Origin: an uncultured Trueperaceae bacterium
Lineage (GTDB): Bacteria > Deinococcota > Deinococci > Deinococcales > Trueperaceae
Assembly: GCA_963815215.1 (NCBI GenBank)
Contig: CAWFFU010000010.1
Span: 1 to 64,000 of the forward strand
DNA length: 64,000 nucleotides
Reading direction: 5' to 3'
The notes beneath the pieces are model-generated. The model was not told the origin of the DNA. It ran no database searches and saw nothing but the letters and a program-made list of their open reading frames with translations. A program made the translations under genes and the position numbers. Below are positions 29,902 to 40,720 of this stretch, piece by piece. The first letter of the stretch is position 1. Every line of letters starts with the position of its first letter.

Positions 29902-30843
29902 ATGAACAACGCCCTGCACGTGGTCGTGGGCAAGGGCCCGCTCGGTCGGTCGGTGGTGCGCGCGCTGCTGGCACGGCACGCCCGTGTGCGCCTCGTGTCC
30001 CGACGGGGGCACGACGCGACCGTCGAAGGCGCGGAGGCGGTCGCGGCCGACGCCACGGACCGCCGGCAGATGCAGGAAGCGTGTTCCGGCGCGAGCGTGG
30101 TGTACCACTGCGCGCAGCCGCCGTACGCACAGTGGCCGAAGCTGGCGCCTCCCCTCATGGAAGGCGTGCTCCATGGCGCGGAGGCGGCTGGCGCCAGGCT
30201 CGTGTACGGGGACAACCTGTACATGTACGGACGCGTGAAGGGGCGCTTGCATGAAGGCCTGCCGAACCGACCGATCGGCCACAACGGGCGTGGGCGGGCC
30301 GCCCTGGCGGAGATGGTCCTCGCTGCCCACGCCGCGGGCCGCGTGCCCGGCGCGATCGCCAGAGCATCCGACTTCTACGGACCGTTCGTCACGAACTCGA
30401 CCCTGGGCGAGCGCGTCTTCGGGCGCGCCGTGCGCGGCCAGAGCGCTCAGCTCCTCGGTGACCCGGATGCGCCCCACAGCTACACGTTCATCGACGACTT
30501 CGGCGAGGCGCTGGCGGTCCTCGGCGACCGCGACGACGCGCTGGGGCAGGTCTGGCACGTCCCGAGCGGTGAGCCGTCGAACGCCAGGGCTGTGGTCACG
30601 ATGGCCTACCAGGAGCTGGGGCGCGAGCCGAAGCTGTCGGTCATGCCGACCTGGTTGTTCCGGTTGGGGGGCGTGTTGGACCCGACGCTCCGGGCGCTCG
30701 GCGAGGTGCTCTATCAGAGCCAGGATCCGTGGCTGATCGACAGCAGCAAGTTCGAGCGCGCGTTCGGCGACATCGCGACGCCCAGACAGGAGGCGGTGGC
30801 ACGAACCGTGCGCTGGTATCGCGAGACGGCGGAGGCGCGATAA
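29902..30843 (+). CDS. NAD-dependent epimerase/dehydratase-family protein
   Basis: VVGKGPLG, DNLYMYG, RASDFYGP, HSYTFIDD; RBS GGAGGAG. Confidence 0.88.
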   Translation: MNNALHVVVGKGPLGRSVVRALLARHARVRLVSRRGHDATVEGAEAVAADATDRRQMQEACSGASVVYHCAQPPYAQWPKLAPPLMEGVLHGAEAAGARLVYGDNLYMYGRVKGRLHEGLPNRPIGHNGRGRAALAEMVLAAHAAGRVPGAIARASDFYGPFVTNSTLGERVFGRAVRGQSAQLLGDPDAPHSYTFIDDFGEALAVLGDRDDALGQVWHVPSGEPSNARAVVTMAYQELGREPKLSVMPTWLFRLGGVLDPTLRALGEVLYQSQDPWLIDSSKFERAFGDIATPRQEAVARTVRWYRETAEAR

Positions 30844-30849
30844 CCTGAC

Positions 30850-31048
30850 CGACGCCCTGCAGCTCCCCGAAGTACCAGGTCGAGCAACCGAGGAGCAGGA
30901 CGTCGAAGGCCGCGAGCTCGCGGAGCTCGTAATAGGCGACATTTTCGATCGTCGGCCTCAGGCCCGTGAGTTCCGTAAGCGCCCTTCCGATGCGTTCGGC
31001 CGTGTCGGCGGTGTCCCCGTAGGCGACGACGATACTCCGTTCCTTCAT
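30850..31048 (-). pseudogene. Flavodoxin N-terminal fragment
   Basis: IVVAYGDTADTAERI...FDVLLLGCSTWYFGELQ then no further similarity; paralogue of 39957-40526. Confidence 0.8.
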
Positions 31049-31250
31049 CGGAGGCCTTCCGTGGTCGACCGCTGCCGTGGTCTATGGCCTCCCACCCTGC
31101 CGCGGAACCCGACTTCGGCTCGGTCCCGTCCGCTGACCGTTCCGATCGCCCGTGCATCCGTCGCGTGGGTGTCCAGGCGGTAGCCGCCGCGGTCGCTGCG
31201 CCCAGCAGGCCCGACGCACGCCTTTGGGGCCCGGCCCCGAGAACGCCGCG

Positions 31251-31868
31251 TCACAACGAATCCATGACCGTGCGCTCCTCGAGCTCGGCCAGCCGTCGGG
31301 GGTGTGCCAGGTAGCCACCGTGTCCGCCGTATATCGCGTGGTGGCGCGCGATCTCCCCCATGAATCGCGTGACGGTCACACGATTGAGGCCGACGTAGCG
31401 GGCCAGAGCCTCATGGGGCAGGTAGGCGTTGACCCGCGTCCACCCCGGCACAGACGCGTCAACCCCGAGGCTCACGGTGAGTCCGTGCAGGGCGCGTGCC
31501 AGTCGGGCCAGGCCCGGCAGATGCTCGTCGCCAAGTCGTTGGACCGTCTGGCGGCGCTGCCTGGCCAGTGAACGCGCTACGGCATCCCACACGCTGTTGG
31601 GCGAACTCTCACCTGGCGGATCGATCTCTCCCACGGAGGTCTCCCAGGCGGCGACGGCCGTGGCATGGTGACGATGCGCGGTCAACGCCTCCTCACCGAA
31701 GATGTCCCCGGGCCCGAGGAACGCTAGCACCCGTGCGCCGGCGCCCACCCCGCCGGCGTCGAGCCGGATAGCTCCCCGTTCCACGACATAGAGGCGCGCG
31801 GCCGCTGAATCCGCCGCGTACAGCGTGTCGCCAACGGCGAGCAGGTGTCGTCGGCCTGTCTCGTTCAC
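31251..31868 (-). CDS. Crp/Fnr-family regulator
   Basis: LYVVERGAIRL, LGPGDIFGEEAL, HTH LPHEALARYVGLNRVTVTRFM; GTG start inferred. Confidence 0.85.
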   Translation of the reverse strand: MNETGRRHLLAVGDTLYAADSAAARLYVVERGAIRLDAGGVGAGARVLAFLGPGDIFGEEALTAHRHHATAVAAWETSVGEIDPPGESSPNSVWDAVARSLARQRRQTVQRLGDEHLPGLARLARALHGLTVSLGVDASVPGWTRVNAYLPHEALARYVGLNRVTVTRFMGEIARHHAIYGGHGGYLAHPRRLAELEERTVMDSL

Positions 31869-32201
31869 CGTGCCGGACCAGCCCCCCGCCAGCGTCGCCC
31901 GCACCCGAAAACGGCTTCCAGCTGCTTTCCCAGACGCCATCGAAAGGATGCCGTGGGCTTGTCACGCTTGCACCACCGCTCCACGCGACCGCTCCCCATA
32001 GGCGAGAGCGAGTCTCTTCGACGACCGACGAGCTCGTCGATCTCGGGCCGCCCGCCCCTGCCGTGTCGGACCCCACGGCCCGGGGCCGCCGCCGGCGCAC
32101 CGACGCCGCGGGCCCTCGCCCAAGTACCTGCCGTACTGGGCCGACGCTCACCTACCTCTCGTCGGTCCCGCTTCCCTCGAGGGCATCGCCGCGCCGCTAC
32201 G

Positions 32202-32594
32202 TCAGTCTTGCGTCCCGTGTCCCAGCCCGGCCTCGACGTCGCGGTGGTCTGCCCGCGTCGGAGGTGGGCTCACGACCTGGTACGCGATCATCCGCGACTT
32301 CGCCGTGATCCCCCGGGTCTCACCCGCCGGGACGAAGGCCATCGTGCCTACCTCGAGCGGCGTCTCGCCGCCGGCCGACACCAGCGTTCCACTCCCCTCG
32401 AGCACGAGCAGGGCGAGATCGATCTCGGGCGCGTGCACGGGTATGAACTGCCCGGCGTGGAAACAGACGAGCAGCGCCTTCAGGTGCGTGCCCTCGGCTA
32501 GCACCACCGGGGTGAATGCCTCGTGACGACACTGTCTGGCATCGAGCAGGGTGGCGTACGTCGTAACCTTGGGGCCTTGCGCTGAGGGGCTCAT
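32202..32594 (-). CDS. Cupin-domain protein
   Basis: FHAGQFIPVHAP...VLEGSG...MAFVPAGETRGITA. Confidence 0.8.
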   Translation of the reverse strand: MSPSAQGPKVTTYATLLDARQCRHEAFTPVVLAEGTHLKALLVCFHAGQFIPVHAPEIDLALLVLEGSGTLVSAGGETPLEVGTMAFVPAGETRGITAKSRMIAYQVVSPPPTRADHRDVEAGLGHGTQD

Positions 32595-32629
32595 CCCCAA
32601 GGCATACCGCCGGGAGCCCCGGCGCAACC

Positions 32630-32643
32630 ATGACCTGCGTCAA
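32630..32643. promoter_or_regulatory. Fnr/Crp-type box upstream of the cupin gene
   Basis: ATGAC-CTGC-GTCAA, one mismatch to TTGAC-N4-GTCAA. Confidence 0.5.
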
Positions 32644-32835
32644 GCGGCGACGATGATGCGGTCGTCGTGCGCTCACCGCTACCTAGCGTCTGCGTGTGTT
32701 GGGGGGTCCGGAAACCGGCACTCCGACCCTGTTCGAAGCCCTCGCTCCCACCGCGGCCACGACCTGTCGGGTGACCGCCACGCTCGATTCGCACGGCGCT
32801 TGACGGGCCCGACCCAAGCGTCGTATGGTCTTTTC

Positions 32836-32853
32836 GTTGAGTAGCTACTCAAC
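32836..32853. promoter_or_regulatory. TetR operator
   Basis: Perfect 18-bp palindrome GTTGAGTAGCTACTCAAC just after TTGACG-18-TATGGT; related TTGAGTAAGT..GTCAA at about 33659. Confidence 0.7.
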
Positions 32854-32866
32854 AAGTGAGGGAGCG

Positions 32867-33556
32867 ATGGCGAAGACACCCGAGAACCCCATCAGGCGAT
32901 CCTCTACACGCAGTGAACAGGCTGAGGCACGGCGCCAGCAGATCGTTGACGCCGCGCTCGAGCTCTTCGCGCAGCAGGGCTACTCCGCCACGACGACCAA
33001 GAGCATCGCTCAGGCGGTCGGAGTCACAGAGGGGCTGATCTTCCACTACTTCCCCACCAAGGGCGATCTCCTCCGCGTGGCCGCAGGCCAGCGGTCGATG
33101 TTCGTCCGGGAGGTACACGATCTCCTCGACGGCGCCACCGGCCGGCCGGCCCGTGACGTCCTGGGCGGCATCATCCTGGGCTGGGTGGCGGCGATCCGTC
33201 ACCAGGAGAGCCTGGTGACGATGCTCCTGGTGGAGTCGCAGTCGAATGATGAGCTGGGGCAAGCGTTCAGGGGTGTCGTCGGAGACCTCGTGGAGGCCAC
33301 GGCAAGGTATCTCCGGGCCCGGGTCGAGGCGGGTGAGCTTCGGGAGGATCTACCCACCAACACCAGCGCCATGCTGTTCTTCTCCTCCTTGATGATGTTC
33401 TTCCTGGCGAACCGGCATCTCGAGCCGGACGTCTGGCGTCGGCAAGCCACCCGCTTCACGTCGGAGATGCTCGACACCTGGTTCCGTGGGGCGCTTGCCC
33501 CTGGGAGCCACGTCGCCCACCCGACCATCGCAGCCGACTCGCAGGGAGGCGGATAG
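32867..33556 (+). CDS. TetR/AcrR-family regulator
   Basis: RRQQIVDAALELFAQQGYSATTTKSIAQAVGVTEGLIFHYFPTKGDLL. Confidence 0.92.
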   Translation: MAKTPENPIRRSSTRSEQAEARRQQIVDAALELFAQQGYSATTTKSIAQAVGVTEGLIFHYFPTKGDLLRVAAGQRSMFVREVHDLLDGATGRPARDVLGGIILGWVAAIRHQESLVTMLLVESQSNDELGQAFRGVVGDLVEATARYLRARVEAGELREDLPTNTSAMLFFSSLMMFFLANRHLEPDVWRRQATRFTSEMLDTWFRGALAPGSHVAHPTIAADSQGGG

Positions 33557-33759
33557 CCGGGCCGGGGTAGCGCCCCGGCCCGGCGGGCGCGGTTCTTGCC
33601 CCGCACACAGCCACTCCCATCGGGCGCTCCGACTCCTCGACATCGCTTCACGCATTTATTGAGTAAGTCCCTAGTCAATCTCGAATCACACCTACCCGAA
33701 GGAGCCTCGATGATCCAACCGACCGACGCCGAAGCACGGCCGACGAGCGAGGTGCGGGC

Positions 33760-36012
33760 GTGAGCCGCCTCGCCGGCTTCGCGACGAAGCATGCCCGCCT
33801 CGTCATCACCGCCTTCGCGCTAGCGACGATCCTGCTGGCGGCGAGCGCCCGTCTCACTCAGACGAACAACGCCACCGACGCGCTCTATCCGGACCACTCG
33901 CCGGTGGCTGCCCTCACCCGGACGATCGGTGACAGCTTCGACCAGCACGAGCGCTTGCTCGTCGTCCTCAACGGCGACATCTACACGCCCGCAGCGCTCG
34001 ACGCCGTGCGCACGCTGACGTCCGATCTGGAGCGCATCCCAGGCGCCACCCGCGTCACCTCCGTGGCCACGGCGAAACGCTTGGCGGACGACGGCGGCTT
34101 CCTGTCGGTGGGGAACCTGTTGCCCAGCTCGTCACCAAGCCCCAGCGAGGTGGCGTCGATCCGGATCTACCTACAGACCTCGCCCATGTACCGCAACGTC
34201 AATCTCGTGAGCCGCGACGGCCGCACGGCGAGCGTCATCGTCGAATACCAGAGCGGGATCGACGCCGCCGCCTTCGCGCGCACGGTCGATGTCACGGTGA
34301 CCCGGGACTGGCCCGGCTCGCATGCGCTCGCCGGCCAGGCGTACACCAGCATGGAGCTCCAGGCCATCATCCGACGCGACCTGCCCGTCCTCGCGAGCAT
34401 CGCCATCGGGCTCATCCTGCTGATGCTCTTCCTCAACTTCCGCACGTTCCACGGCACCATCCTGCCGCTCGTCCAGATCCTCGTGGGCGTCGTCTGGGGT
34501 ATGGGGCTGTACCACATCCTCGGCGGCGAGCTGATGGCGCTCACGGTCATCGGCCCGGTCGCCGTCATGGCTGTGGGGAGCTCGTTCTCGCTCCACCTGC
34601 TGGGCCGCTACTACTACGAGCTGGCACGCGGAACCAAGAAGTTGGAGGCCATACGGCTCATGCTCTCGGAGACCGGCCTCGGGGTCCTCGTCTCGGGGCT
34701 CGCCATCTCCGCAGCCATGAGTACGTTCCTCCTCTCGGACCTGGCCATGGTCCGGGGAGTGGGCCTCATCGCTGCCCTGGGCGTCCTATCGGTCTTGCTT
34801 GCCTCCCTCGTGCTCCTTCCCGCGCTGCTCAGCGCTCTGCCCTCCCCGAAGGCCATCCACGACCCCGAACGACCGGGAGCTCTCGGCAAGGGCCTGCGAT
34901 CCCTCGCCAACGGGGTGAGTCGGCGACGCCGCGCCATCCTGGCTGCAACCGGGATCCTCCTGGCTCTCGGGATATGGGGGGCAACACGGATCGAGGCCAA
35001 CACCTCCGTGCTGGCGTTCTTCCCCGCCAACGGTCCGACGCGCACGAGCGTCGCACAGGTAGAGCACGCGCTGGGGGGCTCGGCTTCGATCACGGCGTGG
35101 ATCCAGGCGGACATCGAAGACCCCGCGGTCCTGCGCAGCATGGAGCACTTCCAGCAAGCGGCCAGCAACCTGGACGGCGTGGGGACCAGCCAATCCATCG
35201 CCGACGTCCTGCGGGCGCTGAACCTCACCCTTGCCGGCCAGGACAGCCTGCCGTCGACACGGCAGGCTGTCGCTCAGGAGTTGCTGCTGTACCAGTCGTC
35301 CGGCAACCCCAGGGACCTGTCGCGCTTCATGACCGTCGACGGGAAGCAGGCCATCGTCACGTTCATCACCCGCTCGATGTCGACCGGCCGCTCGGCAGAA
35401 TTGGAACAGCAACTCGCTCGACTTGCGAAGAGCAGCTTCGGGGACCTCGCGCAAGTGCGGTTCGTAGGCGAGCCGCTCATGGAGCGGGATATCGAGCTCT
35501 CCATGCGGCACGACTTCCGGATCAGCCTCACCCTCGCGATGGCGTTGGTCCTGTTGATCGACAGCCTCGTGCGATCGTTCCGCGCAGCGTCAGTCACCAT
35601 CCTCGCCCTCCTCACCACGGTCGTGCTCCAGTACGGCCTACTCGGCTGGCTGGGGCTGCCACTGAATCTCGCCACCATGCTCATGGGGGCGCTGGCGATC
35701 GGGGTCGGTGACTACGCCATCCATCTGACGGTGCGCTACATGGAGGAACGGCGCCGGGGACTGGGACCCGAAGCCGCCATGGAGCACACCCTGGTCACGT
35801 CGGGCCGCCAGATCGTGTTCACGGCGCTCACGCTGGGGGCAGGCTTCGGCGCGTTGATGTTCGCCGATTTCGTGCCCGTCTCAACGCTCGGCGGCCTGAT
35901 GGTCGTGACCGTGGTTCTGGTGGGCCTGGCGACCCTCATCCTGCTCCCCGCGGTGAGCCTCACCGCGTTCCGCAACCCCCGTACTCGTATCCAGCCCAAT
36001 CCCGAGGAGTGA
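33760..36012 (+). CDS. MMPL/RND-family transporter
   Basis: Two homologous halves of about 6 TM each with large extracytoplasmic loops; AIGVGDYAIH motif. Confidence 0.88.
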   Translation: MSRLAGFATKHARLVITAFALATILLAASARLTQTNNATDALYPDHSPVAALTRTIGDSFDQHERLLVVLNGDIYTPAALDAVRTLTSDLERIPGATRVTSVATAKRLADDGGFLSVGNLLPSSSPSPSEVASIRIYLQTSPMYRNVNLVSRDGRTASVIVEYQSGIDAAAFARTVDVTVTRDWPGSHALAGQAYTSMELQAIIRRDLPVLASIAIGLILLMLFLNFRTFHGTILPLVQILVGVVWGMGLYHILGGELMALTVIGPVAVMAVGSSFSLHLLGRYYYELARGTKKLEAIRLMLSETGLGVLVSGLAISAAMSTFLLSDLAMVRGVGLIAALGVLSVLLASLVLLPALLSALPSPKAIHDPERPGALGKGLRSLANGVSRRRRAILAATGILLALGIWGATRIEANTSVLAFFPANGPTRTSVAQVEHALGGSASITAWIQADIEDPAVLRSMEHFQQAASNLDGVGTSQSIADVLRALNLTLAGQDSLPSTRQAVAQELLLYQSSGNPRDLSRFMTVDGKQAIVTFITRSMSTGRSAELEQQLARLAKSSFGDLAQVRFVGEPLMERDIELSMRHDFRISLTLAMALVLLIDSLVRSFRAASVTILALLTTVVLQYGLLGWLGLPLNLATMLMGALAIGVGDYAIHLTVRYMEERRRGLGPEAAMEHTLVTSGRQIVFTALTLGAGFGALMFADFVPVSTLGGLMVVTVVLVGLATLILLPAVSLTAFRNPRTRIQPNPEE

Positions 36013-36016
36013 CCCC

Positions 36017-36856
36017 ATGACCGATCGACGCATCACCGTCCCGCTCGAGCCCGTGCCGGCCACCGACCGTGCGCCGCGGCCGCCTCGCTACGCCCTGCGC
36101 ATCCGCCCGCTGCTCACCGCCGCAGCCCTCCTCGTGCTGCTCGGGGCTGGCGCCTCGTCAGCCCAGGCCTACACCACCGGGGCCGAAGTGATGCACGCGG
36201 TCGACGCGCGGCCTAGTCCGGCCACCGCCGAATCGACCCTCACGATGACCATTACCACAGGCGGCGGCCAGAGCCTCACCCGAACGATGACCATGTGGTC
36301 GGCGAACGACGACCGACTCATCAAGTTCACGGCCCCCGCCAACATCGCCGGGTCCGGCTTCCTGATCGTTACGCATCCCGACGGGAGCGACGAGACCATG
36401 GTGTACCTGCCTGCCCTCGGCCGCGTCCGTAGGATCGCCGCCGGGCAGCAGAGCGACTCGTTCTTCGGTTCCGATTTCGCGTACGAGGACATCACCGGGA
36501 TCCCCTTCGACGATTACCAGTGGCAGCTCCAATCGGTCGGCGACGGCCCGACGTACGTCGTCCAGGGGACTCTGAAGCCGGGACGTACTTCCAGCTACGA
36601 CCAGCTCGTTCTCGACGTGCCACAGAGCACGCTCATCCCGACCCGCATCGCGTACTACAGCCACGGCGAGAGGGTCAAGGTCCTCACCGTCTCCGACGTC
36701 CAGAAGGTCGGCGACTACCTGATCGTGGGCAAGCGGCGGATGGAGTCCATGACCGCCGGCTCCGTGGTCGGCAGCACGGACATCGAGCAATCCGACGTCA
36801 AGCTCGACGCGACCATACCGCCCGAGGTCTTCACCGAGCGGTTCCTGAGGCGCTGA
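36017..36856 (+). CDS. Outer-membrane lipoprotein-sorting (LolA-like) protein
   Basis: LIKFTAPANIAGSGFL, VYLPALGRVRRIA, SFFGSDFAYEDI. Confidence 0.88.
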   Translation: MTDRRITVPLEPVPATDRAPRPPRYALRIRPLLTAAALLVLLGAGASSAQAYTTGAEVMHAVDARPSPATAESTLTMTITTGGGQSLTRTMTMWSANDDRLIKFTAPANIAGSGFLIVTHPDGSDETMVYLPALGRVRRIAAGQQSDSFFGSDFAYEDITGIPFDDYQWQLQSVGDGPTYVVQGTLKPGRTSSYDQLVLDVPQSTLIPTRIAYYSHGERVKVLTVSDVQKVGDYLIVGKRRMESMTAGSVVGSTDIEQSDVKLDATIPPEVFTERFLRR

Positions 36857-36857
36857 C

Positions 36858-38081
36858 GTGCGTGCCCTTCGTGGGTTGCTTCTCGTGCTCGCGCTCGCGG
36901 GCGGATCGTCGCTCGGCTGGGCCCAGGTGACGCTGGGCGGCGAGGCGAGTGCCCGGTTCGGTGTCGCGATCGATGGGAGCCTCCCCATCGCCGCCGCTCA
37001 GCTCGAACTCGACGTGAAGGGGGAGACGGGATCCGGGTTGTTCCCCGACGCCACCTTCAACGCATCCCTCATCGCCCGCTACGACGCTGCCGGGTCGAGC
37101 GAGGTACGCCTCGGTGAGGCCTTCGCCACCCTCTATCTCGGCGGTCTGGAGCTCTCGGTGGGCCAGCAGGACGTCGCCTGGGGCACGACCGTGGGCATCA
37201 ACCCGGTCGACGTCGTGAACCCTAGAGACCGCTCCTTCCCGCCGGACATCCAGAAGCTCCCGGTTCCGATGGTGCATGCCAGCTACTACCTGGGCGACGT
37301 CGCCCGCATCGAAGCCGCGCTCGTCCCTGTGTTCGTGCCATCGGTCCTCCCGGGGGACACCTGGCAGTCGTCTCAGACGATGTCGCCTCCGCAAGGCGTC
37401 ACTGTCGTCGGCCAGCTCCCGAGCCAGGACGACCGTCCTACGGCCGGGCTCGACAACGTCCAGGTCGGCCTGCGCGCGACCGCCACACTGCCGGGATTCG
37501 ACGTGAGCGCCACGTACTTCCACGGCTTCCGCAGCCTGCCCACAGTGCAGAAGTCCCTCGTGCCGAGCGGACCGCCGGGTGAGTTCCTCGTCCAGCCGGT
37601 CGCGCGCTACGACCGTATCAACGTCGTCGGCGCGGACTTCTCCCGCGTCATCGACAACGTGGTCATGAGGGGCGAAGCCGCGTACACGTTCACGGCGGAC
37701 CCGAACGGCAGCGACCCAGCCATCGGCAACCCGTCGTGGCAGGCCGTGCTGGGGGGTGAGTACGCCGTCCCCAAAGGTCCGAGGGTCGTCCTGCAGGGCG
37801 TTCTCGACGTAAGGGTGCCAGACCAGGGCACGAGCGCCGACACCCGTTTCAAGACCATGACCATGCTCTCCTACCAGGCCGGCACGCGCAGCCAGATCGA
37901 CCTCGGTTGGATGCAGGATCTCGATGGCAGTGGCACCCTGCTGCCCAGGCTCTCGTACACCTTCGCCGACGGCGTGGTCGGTCACGCTGACGGCTACATC
38001 TTCTACGGTGCGGACGGAACGGAGTTCGGCGGCTGGCGTGGCAACTCGCAGCTGCGCGTCGGGCTCACCTATTCGTTCTGA
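36858..38081 (+). CDS. Outer-membrane beta-barrel protein (DUF1302-like)
   Basis: Signal peptide, VGQQDVAWG...NPVDVVNPRD, C-terminal LTYSF. Confidence 0.75.
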   Translation: MRALRGLLLVLALAGGSSLGWAQVTLGGEASARFGVAIDGSLPIAAAQLELDVKGETGSGLFPDATFNASLIARYDAAGSSEVRLGEAFATLYLGGLELSVGQQDVAWGTTVGINPVDVVNPRDRSFPPDIQKLPVPMVHASYYLGDVARIEAALVPVFVPSVLPGDTWQSSQTMSPPQGVTVVGQLPSQDDRPTAGLDNVQVGLRATATLPGFDVSATYFHGFRSLPTVQKSLVPSGPPGEFLVQPVARYDRINVVGADFSRVIDNVVMRGEAAYTFTADPNGSDPAIGNPSWQAVLGGEYAVPKGPRVVLQGVLDVRVPDQGTSADTRFKTMTMLSYQAGTRSQIDLGWMQDLDGSGTLLPRLSYTFADGVVGHADGYIFYGADGTEFGGWRGNSQLRVGLTYSF

Positions 38082-38175
38082 GTGCGCCCTACCGAGCCGG
38101 GGTGCCGGTGTCTCGCTGGGAGGCGCGACCATGCTGCACGCTACCGATCCGCTGAAGCGCACGCACCTCCGTCTC

Positions 38176-38560
38176 GTGGCGTTGTCGCCCGGCAGGTGCG
38201 GGCGATCTTCCGCCGTCAGCGCAACCTCGCATTCCGGGAGGGGCGCGTCCTTGCCGTCGAAATGGCAGACCGGGTGGTGCAGGTATCCGGCGGAGGCCGG
38301 TTGCCTTTCGACCACCTGGTGCTGACGGCGGGCGCGACCAGCAGCGACTTCGGCGTTCCTGGCGTGCGCGAGCACGCCCTCTTCCTCAAGACGCTCACGT
38401 AGGCCGTCAACCTGCGATCGCACGTCCTGGAGCAGTTCGCGCGTGCGGCGCGGGACCCTGCGGCCCTGCTCGACTGGGCGCACAATCACCTGACCTGGGA
38501 GCGGCATACGCGCCTCATCACGCCGATGGTGCCCTCGCCGGGCGATGCCGCCGACGGGAA
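38176..38560 (+). pseudogene. ndh: Type II NADH dehydrogenase remnant
   Basis: LPFDHLVLTAGATSSDFGVPGVREHALFLKTLT*AVNLRSHVLEQF joined directly to C-terminal-like DWAHNHLTWERHTRLIT. Confidence 0.7.
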
Positions 38561-38661
38561 TGTTCGGTCTCGGCCCATGTCGGGCGGAGGCGCGGAGCAG
38601 AATGGACCGGAAACGAGGACCTAGCCGTCGCCATTTTGGCGACGCCGCGCAGGAGGACAAC

Positions 38662-38994
38662 ATGCCGAAGGATGTCTACCCCGCCGCTACCCAGGAGCTT
38701 GCCGAGGAGCGTGAGCGCCTGGCGCCCGACACGCTGGCGGCGTTCCAGGCGTTCAGCCGTCAGGTGTTCGCAGAGGGGGCGCTGCCGGCCGTGACCAAGC
38801 AGCTCATCGCGGTGGCGGTGGCGCACACCACGCAGTGCCCGTACTGTATTCGCAGCCACACGCGTCAGGCGCTGAAGGCGGGCGCCAGCCGCGAGCAGAT
38901 CATGGAGGCGATCTGGGTGGCCGCCGAGATGCGGGCAGGCGCTGCTTACGCACACTCGAACCTTGCGCTCGATGCTCTGAACCAGGCACCGTGA
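38662..38994 (+). CDS. Carboxymuconolactone decarboxylase/AhpD-family protein
   Basis: KQLIAVAVAHTTQCPYCIRSH...AAEMRAG; RBS AGGAGG. Confidence 0.9.
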   Translation: MPKDVYPAATQELAEERERLAPDTLAAFQAFSRQVFAEGALPAVTKQLIAVAVAHTTQCPYCIRSHTRQALKAGASREQIMEAIWVAAEMRAGAAYAHSNLALDALNQAP

Positions 38995-39113
38995 CGGGGC
39001 CCGCGCGCAGGCGGGAGGACGACGCGTTGGGCGCGTAGTTCACTTCGCCAGCAGACCCCGCCTGCGCCTCTCTCGGGACGAACGCGCGAGACGTGTAGAA
39101 CGGAGGCGAGGCG

Positions 39114-39452
39114 GTGTTGCGGATCAAACGAGTCTACGAGCCTGAGGGCGAGGACGACGGGGCACGCGTCCTCGTCGACCGATTGTGGCCGCGCGGCGTA
39201 ACGAAGGCCGACGCCAACGTTTCCTGGTGGGCGAGAGAGCTCGCTCCTTCGACGGATCTGCGCCGCTGGTTCGGCCATGACCCCGCACGCTTCGACGAGT
39301 TCGCGAGGCGCTACCGGGACGAGATCGCCGACAAGCCGGAGCTGTTCGCGCTCAGGCGGATGGTCCGGGAGGGACCCGTGACACTCATCTACGGGGCACG
39401 CGATCAGCGTTACAACAATGCCGTCGCGCTCAGAGCCCTTCTCGAGGAGTAA
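39114..39452 (+). CDS. DUF488 (YeaO-like) protein
   Basis: IKRVYE...DDGARVLVDRLWPRGV.K...LAPSTDLRRWFGHDP. Confidence 0.9.
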   Translation: MLRIKRVYEPEGEDDGARVLVDRLWPRGVTKADANVSWWARELAPSTDLRRWFGHDPARFDEFARRYRDEIADKPELFALRRMVREGPVTLIYGARDQRYNNAVALRALLEE

Positions 39453-39956
39453 CGCCTCCAGGCGGAGGCAGGGGCCCGGCCGCACCGGTGGTCACGCGGT
39501 GTGTCCGTGCCCCTGGCCGCCATGGGCCACTCGGGGCCGGCCGCCGCGCGGGCCGCCGAGCGGGCCGTGAGAGGTCACCCAGGTGATGGCGATCCGACGG
39601 CCGACGGGCAGAGGATCGACCCATGTCGCTTCGAGCGAGTCTCATCTTCGTCGAGCCCTATGCCGGTGCGTGCCGGTGACGGAGCTGGCGCCCTGGTTGC
39701 AGGGCCCAGGTGGTGGCGAGCACTGTGGCCCGGGGGCACGGTGCGCGGTGGTGCTCATTCTGCTCCTGAATGCGGTGGGGTGCCATGGCGATGGGCTCGG
39801 CGGCCGTATGCAGGCGCTGGCTAGAGGACAGCTCGAGGCCAAGGCGGAGGAGACCCGTGGCTACCGGTACCACCCACCCGTCGCCGCGCGTTTCGCCGCG
39901 TGCTCGACGTGATGGGTCCACACCAGCGCCCAGGACCGTGAACTGAGGCTCCGAGG

Positions 39957-40526
39957 TCAGTGGCCGGCCGGGATCGGTTCCGTTCCGCGGAGGCTCCACG
40001 AGTCGAGCTCTTCGATGAGCTGCATCACCCATCTGTCGATTCGAGAGGGGGTCAGTTCGCCTTGGCTCGTTTCGTCCAGGGCCAGTCCTACGAAGCAGCG
40101 CTCGCGTTGCGCGAGCGACGCCGTGTGTTGGTACCCCGAGATCGACCAGAGGCCGATCAGTTCGGCGCCGCGTGCTTCGACCCGCTGGGCCAGGATGCCC
40201 AGGGCGTCCATGTACGTGTCGGGGTAGCCGAGCTGGTCTCCCGAGCCGAAGAGGCCCACCTTCTTGTTGTGCATGTCGAGGGAGTCGAGGTCGCTGAGCT
40301 TCGCTTCCCAATCGCTCTGCAGCTCTCCGATATTCCAGGTCGAGCAACCGAGCAACAGGACGTCGAACGATTCGAGTTCGCGGAGATCATGGTACGCGAT
40401 GTCCATGAGTGTCGGGCGGACACCGGTGAGTTCCGTCAGGACCGTGACGATGCGTTCGGCGGCATCGGCTGTGTCGCCGAACGTACTCCCGTAGGCCGCA
40501 ACGATCCGGGGTGATTCCATGACCAT
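39957..40526 (-). CDS. fldA: Long-chain flavodoxin
   Basis: YGSTFGDT, LGCSTWNIGELQSDW, FGSGDQLGYPDTYMDALG, FVGLALDE; RBS GGAAGGAG. Confidence 0.9.
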   Translation of the reverse strand: MVMESPRIVAAYGSTFGDTADAAERIVTVLTELTGVRPTLMDIAYHDLRELESFDVLLLGCSTWNIGELQSDWEAKLSDLDSLDMHNKKVGLFGSGDQLGYPDTYMDALGILAQRVEARGAELIGLWSISGYQHTASLAQRERCFVGLALDETSQGELTPSRIDRWVMQLIEELDSWSLRGTEPIPAGH

Positions 40527-40720
40527 GTCTCCTTCCGGCTCGAGCCCCGAGTGGTCAGTGGCGCGCTCCTGAACGCTCATTGTGTAGTGGGCCTCGACGG
40601 TAGGTGCCGCGAGATCCAGTCTTCGACCCAGTGTGGTCCTGCCCTCCAGGTGTCCGCATCGCCGGTCGCGACAGCGAATCAGCCGCCTCCCGATTATTGG
40701 CACTTCATCGCCGGGCGTCC

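Noticed and set aside
13893..38402. Several in-frame TAG stops (13893, 13956, 19341, 38400) as amber recoding
   Set aside because: They appear to replace different residues (Q, Y, E), the same genes are also truncated or frameshifted, and intact genes here end normally at TAG
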